From: Dicyema japonicum
Taxonomy: Eukaryota; Animalia; Dicyemida
Direction of reading: 5' to 3'
Length of the DNA stretch: 64,000 nucleotides
Assembly: GCA_011109175.1 (NCBI GenBank)
Contig: RDEW01000029.1
Coordinates: forward strand, 755,472-819,471
The notes under the pieces were generated by a model. That model did not search any database and was not told the DNA's origin. It saw nothing but the letters and a program-made list of their open reading frames with translations. Each line of letters starts with the position of its first letter. Within the stretch, counting starts at the first letter, position 1. Below, one piece after another: positions 61,638 through 64,000 of this stretch. The position numbers and the translations under genes are program-made.

Positions 61638-62959
61638 AATTTAATGCCTTGAGAAATCGATATATGATAATCGCGGGTGCATATTGCTTACATTAAAAAA
61701 GTGAATCTACTTTACATATGAAGTAGTCGGACTTTTCATCGACTATAAATATTTTATATTTACTTCAACCTTCTTTTGCACTACCGAGAAATACTTTCAA
61801 TCTTCCAATTCCATTAATAACTTGATATCCTTCATGACTAGTTGATCTACAGTTTGACTAACACACATGTCAAACTCGATAATCTCAACCGAGATATCTT
61901 CTTCTTTAGTGACAGACGAAATACCCACTAGATGAGCCAGTGCCTACCCAGTTAAATAATCACTAAACATATTTGAAAGCATCGAATAACAAAATCTGAA
62001 TTAAAATCAAAATAGATTACTCTGTTCGGATCGTATTTGACTTTCAGTTCAGCGGGACCTATTTGGGGCCAATGAAATAATACTTGATATGTAATGCAGC
62101 ACCAATAACCCAATCAGAATTATTACTATTCAGCTTTGGGTTTCCCCTTATATCTGTGTAATTAGGCTAAGTATTTCTGCATTCTTATTTAGTTCCTTAA
62201 AATTGGGACATTTCAAATTTAATCTTCTGACCAACTCTAGCAGGCGTGGCATTGAGGAGACGGACTGATCGTGAAAATTTTATCATTTAATAATTAGTAA
62301 TTTAGAATTTGTGGGCATTCATGTGCCATGACTCAAGTCGAATAAAAATATTGAGGAAATGATTGCGAATGGTAACGTATTAAATTATTCATCAATTGAT
62401 TGCTTCCCCAATGGAAATTGGCACATTCCAATAAACTTAATTATAGAAAACCCCAAAAATTGGTTTCTAAACAAAGTCATCGCTTTTTAACAATACTGTC
62501 TGGTCTTTATAGATGATTTTCAGAATGGCCCGCAATGTTTGGACTATGGTCTGACTGAGTATTGCATGTTTTCACCATTTGCACTACAACTCTGATTTTT
62601 GTCATTTTGACGTTATTGGCCAATTGGTCGCAGATTAACGGGGAAGGTATGAGCTCATTATTCTTATGTTTATTGGTTCTTCGAATCTTTTCTTATTTTA
62701 AATACGCATTCCTGCACGAAATAAATATTCCAAATATTTTTTAAATAAAGAAAATGAATTTGTTAACAATATTTTATGGTCAGACAAATCAAAAACACAA
62801 CTTTGGAACTGACATGTTGTGAACAGACAACTGAACTACAAATTATTTTCATTCATATCATTGAGTTTTGTTTTTGCTTTTAATGGAATGAAAAAACTAT
62901 CTTTTCGTTCCTGAATATTATTTTTTTAAATCATTTAATGATTTAAAAGCATAATAAAT

Positions 62960-63031
62960 ATGATAATCCGGGACATTCCGGGACACATAGATCCGGGACA
63001 AGGCTCCATTATCCGGGACAAATTGTAAGCC
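62960..63031 (+). mobile_element. Probable hAT right end (ccgggaca subterminal repeats)
   Basis: Four ccgggaca motifs ending in taagccta. Confidence 0.45.
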
Positions 63032-63120
63032 TAACTATAGATGCTCTTTTTTGTAGGCGCAGTACCGGCTGTTTCCCGAGACATAAAGCACTCAACAGAA
63101 TCATTAAGAACGCCCTAGAC

Positions 63121-64000
63121 CAGTGCTTCCTGATTGGGGGTGCCTGAAATTTTTTAGGAGGTGCCTGGAACGATTTTAAAAATCATGATTACTTTTACAT
63201 ATATTTAAATAATTTACAAATAAAATATATAGCAAGAAAATTTAAGTACATTTAATTTTTGAAAACTCGTGGTTTTTATGTCAACGTGTGTCAAAATTCG
63301 AAAATGGAATGAAGACTATGTTAACTATGGTTTTACGAAAATAATCATTGATGGAATCGATCGACCCCAGTGCATCCTTTGTGATGCAATCTTTTCTAAC
63401 TCTAATTTGAAACCATCGAAGCTGAACAAGCATTTTTTGGTTATGCACGGGGGAATAAAACGTTCAGGAAATGACTTCGAATGTTTGAAGGCAAAAAGGG
63501 TCAGATACGATATTAAAGGAACGCTTCCGAAGCATGGATTTACCTCCATTGACAAACCGTTACTTTTAGCATTATTCCAAGTAGCGTATGAAGTTGCAAA
63601 ATCGAAGAAGTCGCATACTATTGCCCAGACTCTTATTAAACCGTGTGCATTGGAAATTGTGAAAACAGTTCTGGGTCCAGACGCCTCACGAAAATTGCAG
63701 CAGATTTTTTTGTCAAATAATTCTATCCGGGATAGAATTATTTGTATCAGTGATGATATTCTTAATCAAGTTGTTTCGGACATAAAGAATTTTTCCATCA
63801 AAATTTCAATCCAGTTGGATGAATCTACTGATGTTGATAATTGCAATCAACTAATTGTTTTTGTTCGTTATGCGCAAAAAAATTTAATTGCCGAAGAGTT
63901 TCTTTTTTGTAAACCTCTCGAAAAAGAAGCCTCTACAAAAAATATTTTCCATATACTTGAGACTTTTTTTAATGAACATGATATTCCATTGGAAATTATC
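63121..64000 (+). mobile_element. hAT (Buster) transposon left end with an uninterrupted transposase frame
   Basis: cagtgcttcc terminus preceded by ccctagac (central TA). The frame from 63278 to the window end (241 codons) has no stop: RKWNEDY..PQCILC..KPSKLNKH..HTIAQTLIKPC..SIQLDESTD..FVRY..EEFLFC. Confidence 0.92.

Overview
AT-rich eukaryotic, very probably animal, genomic DNA in which most of the sequence is decayed transposable elements. A few host genes are broken by GT-AG micro-introns of 22-30 nt. The ORF track misses or fragments these genes, so I rebuilt them by hand. They are ATP5F1D (-), ZC3H15 (+), a GCNA/SprT-family metalloprotease gene with lesions (+), a C-type-lectin/mucin/TM receptor gene (-) with a second copy running off the left edge, and an orphan 3' half of an EXOG/EndoG nuclease gene. 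Intron sizes fit a micro-intron metazoan such as a dicyemid mesozoan (inference, not proven). Mobile elements: (i) several subfamilies of CRE-clade non-LTR retrotransposons (RT plus restriction-like endonuclease) with an N-terminal PHD finger; (ii) many RTE-type and I/Jockey-type APE LINEs, two with 2A-like peptides; (iii) two tRNA-headed SINE families that share a structured core and exchange RTE-derived 3' tails; (iv) Buster-type and other hAT elements, one with a 25-nt micro-intron inside its transposase; (v) Tigger remnants. Best leads for undescribed biology are the PHD-CRE elements, the modular SINE/RTE system with a covarying 3' stem, and micro-intron capture in a transposase. No rRNA, true tRNA gene or CRISPR array was found. 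All coordinates were counted by eye, so TE boundaries are approximate.
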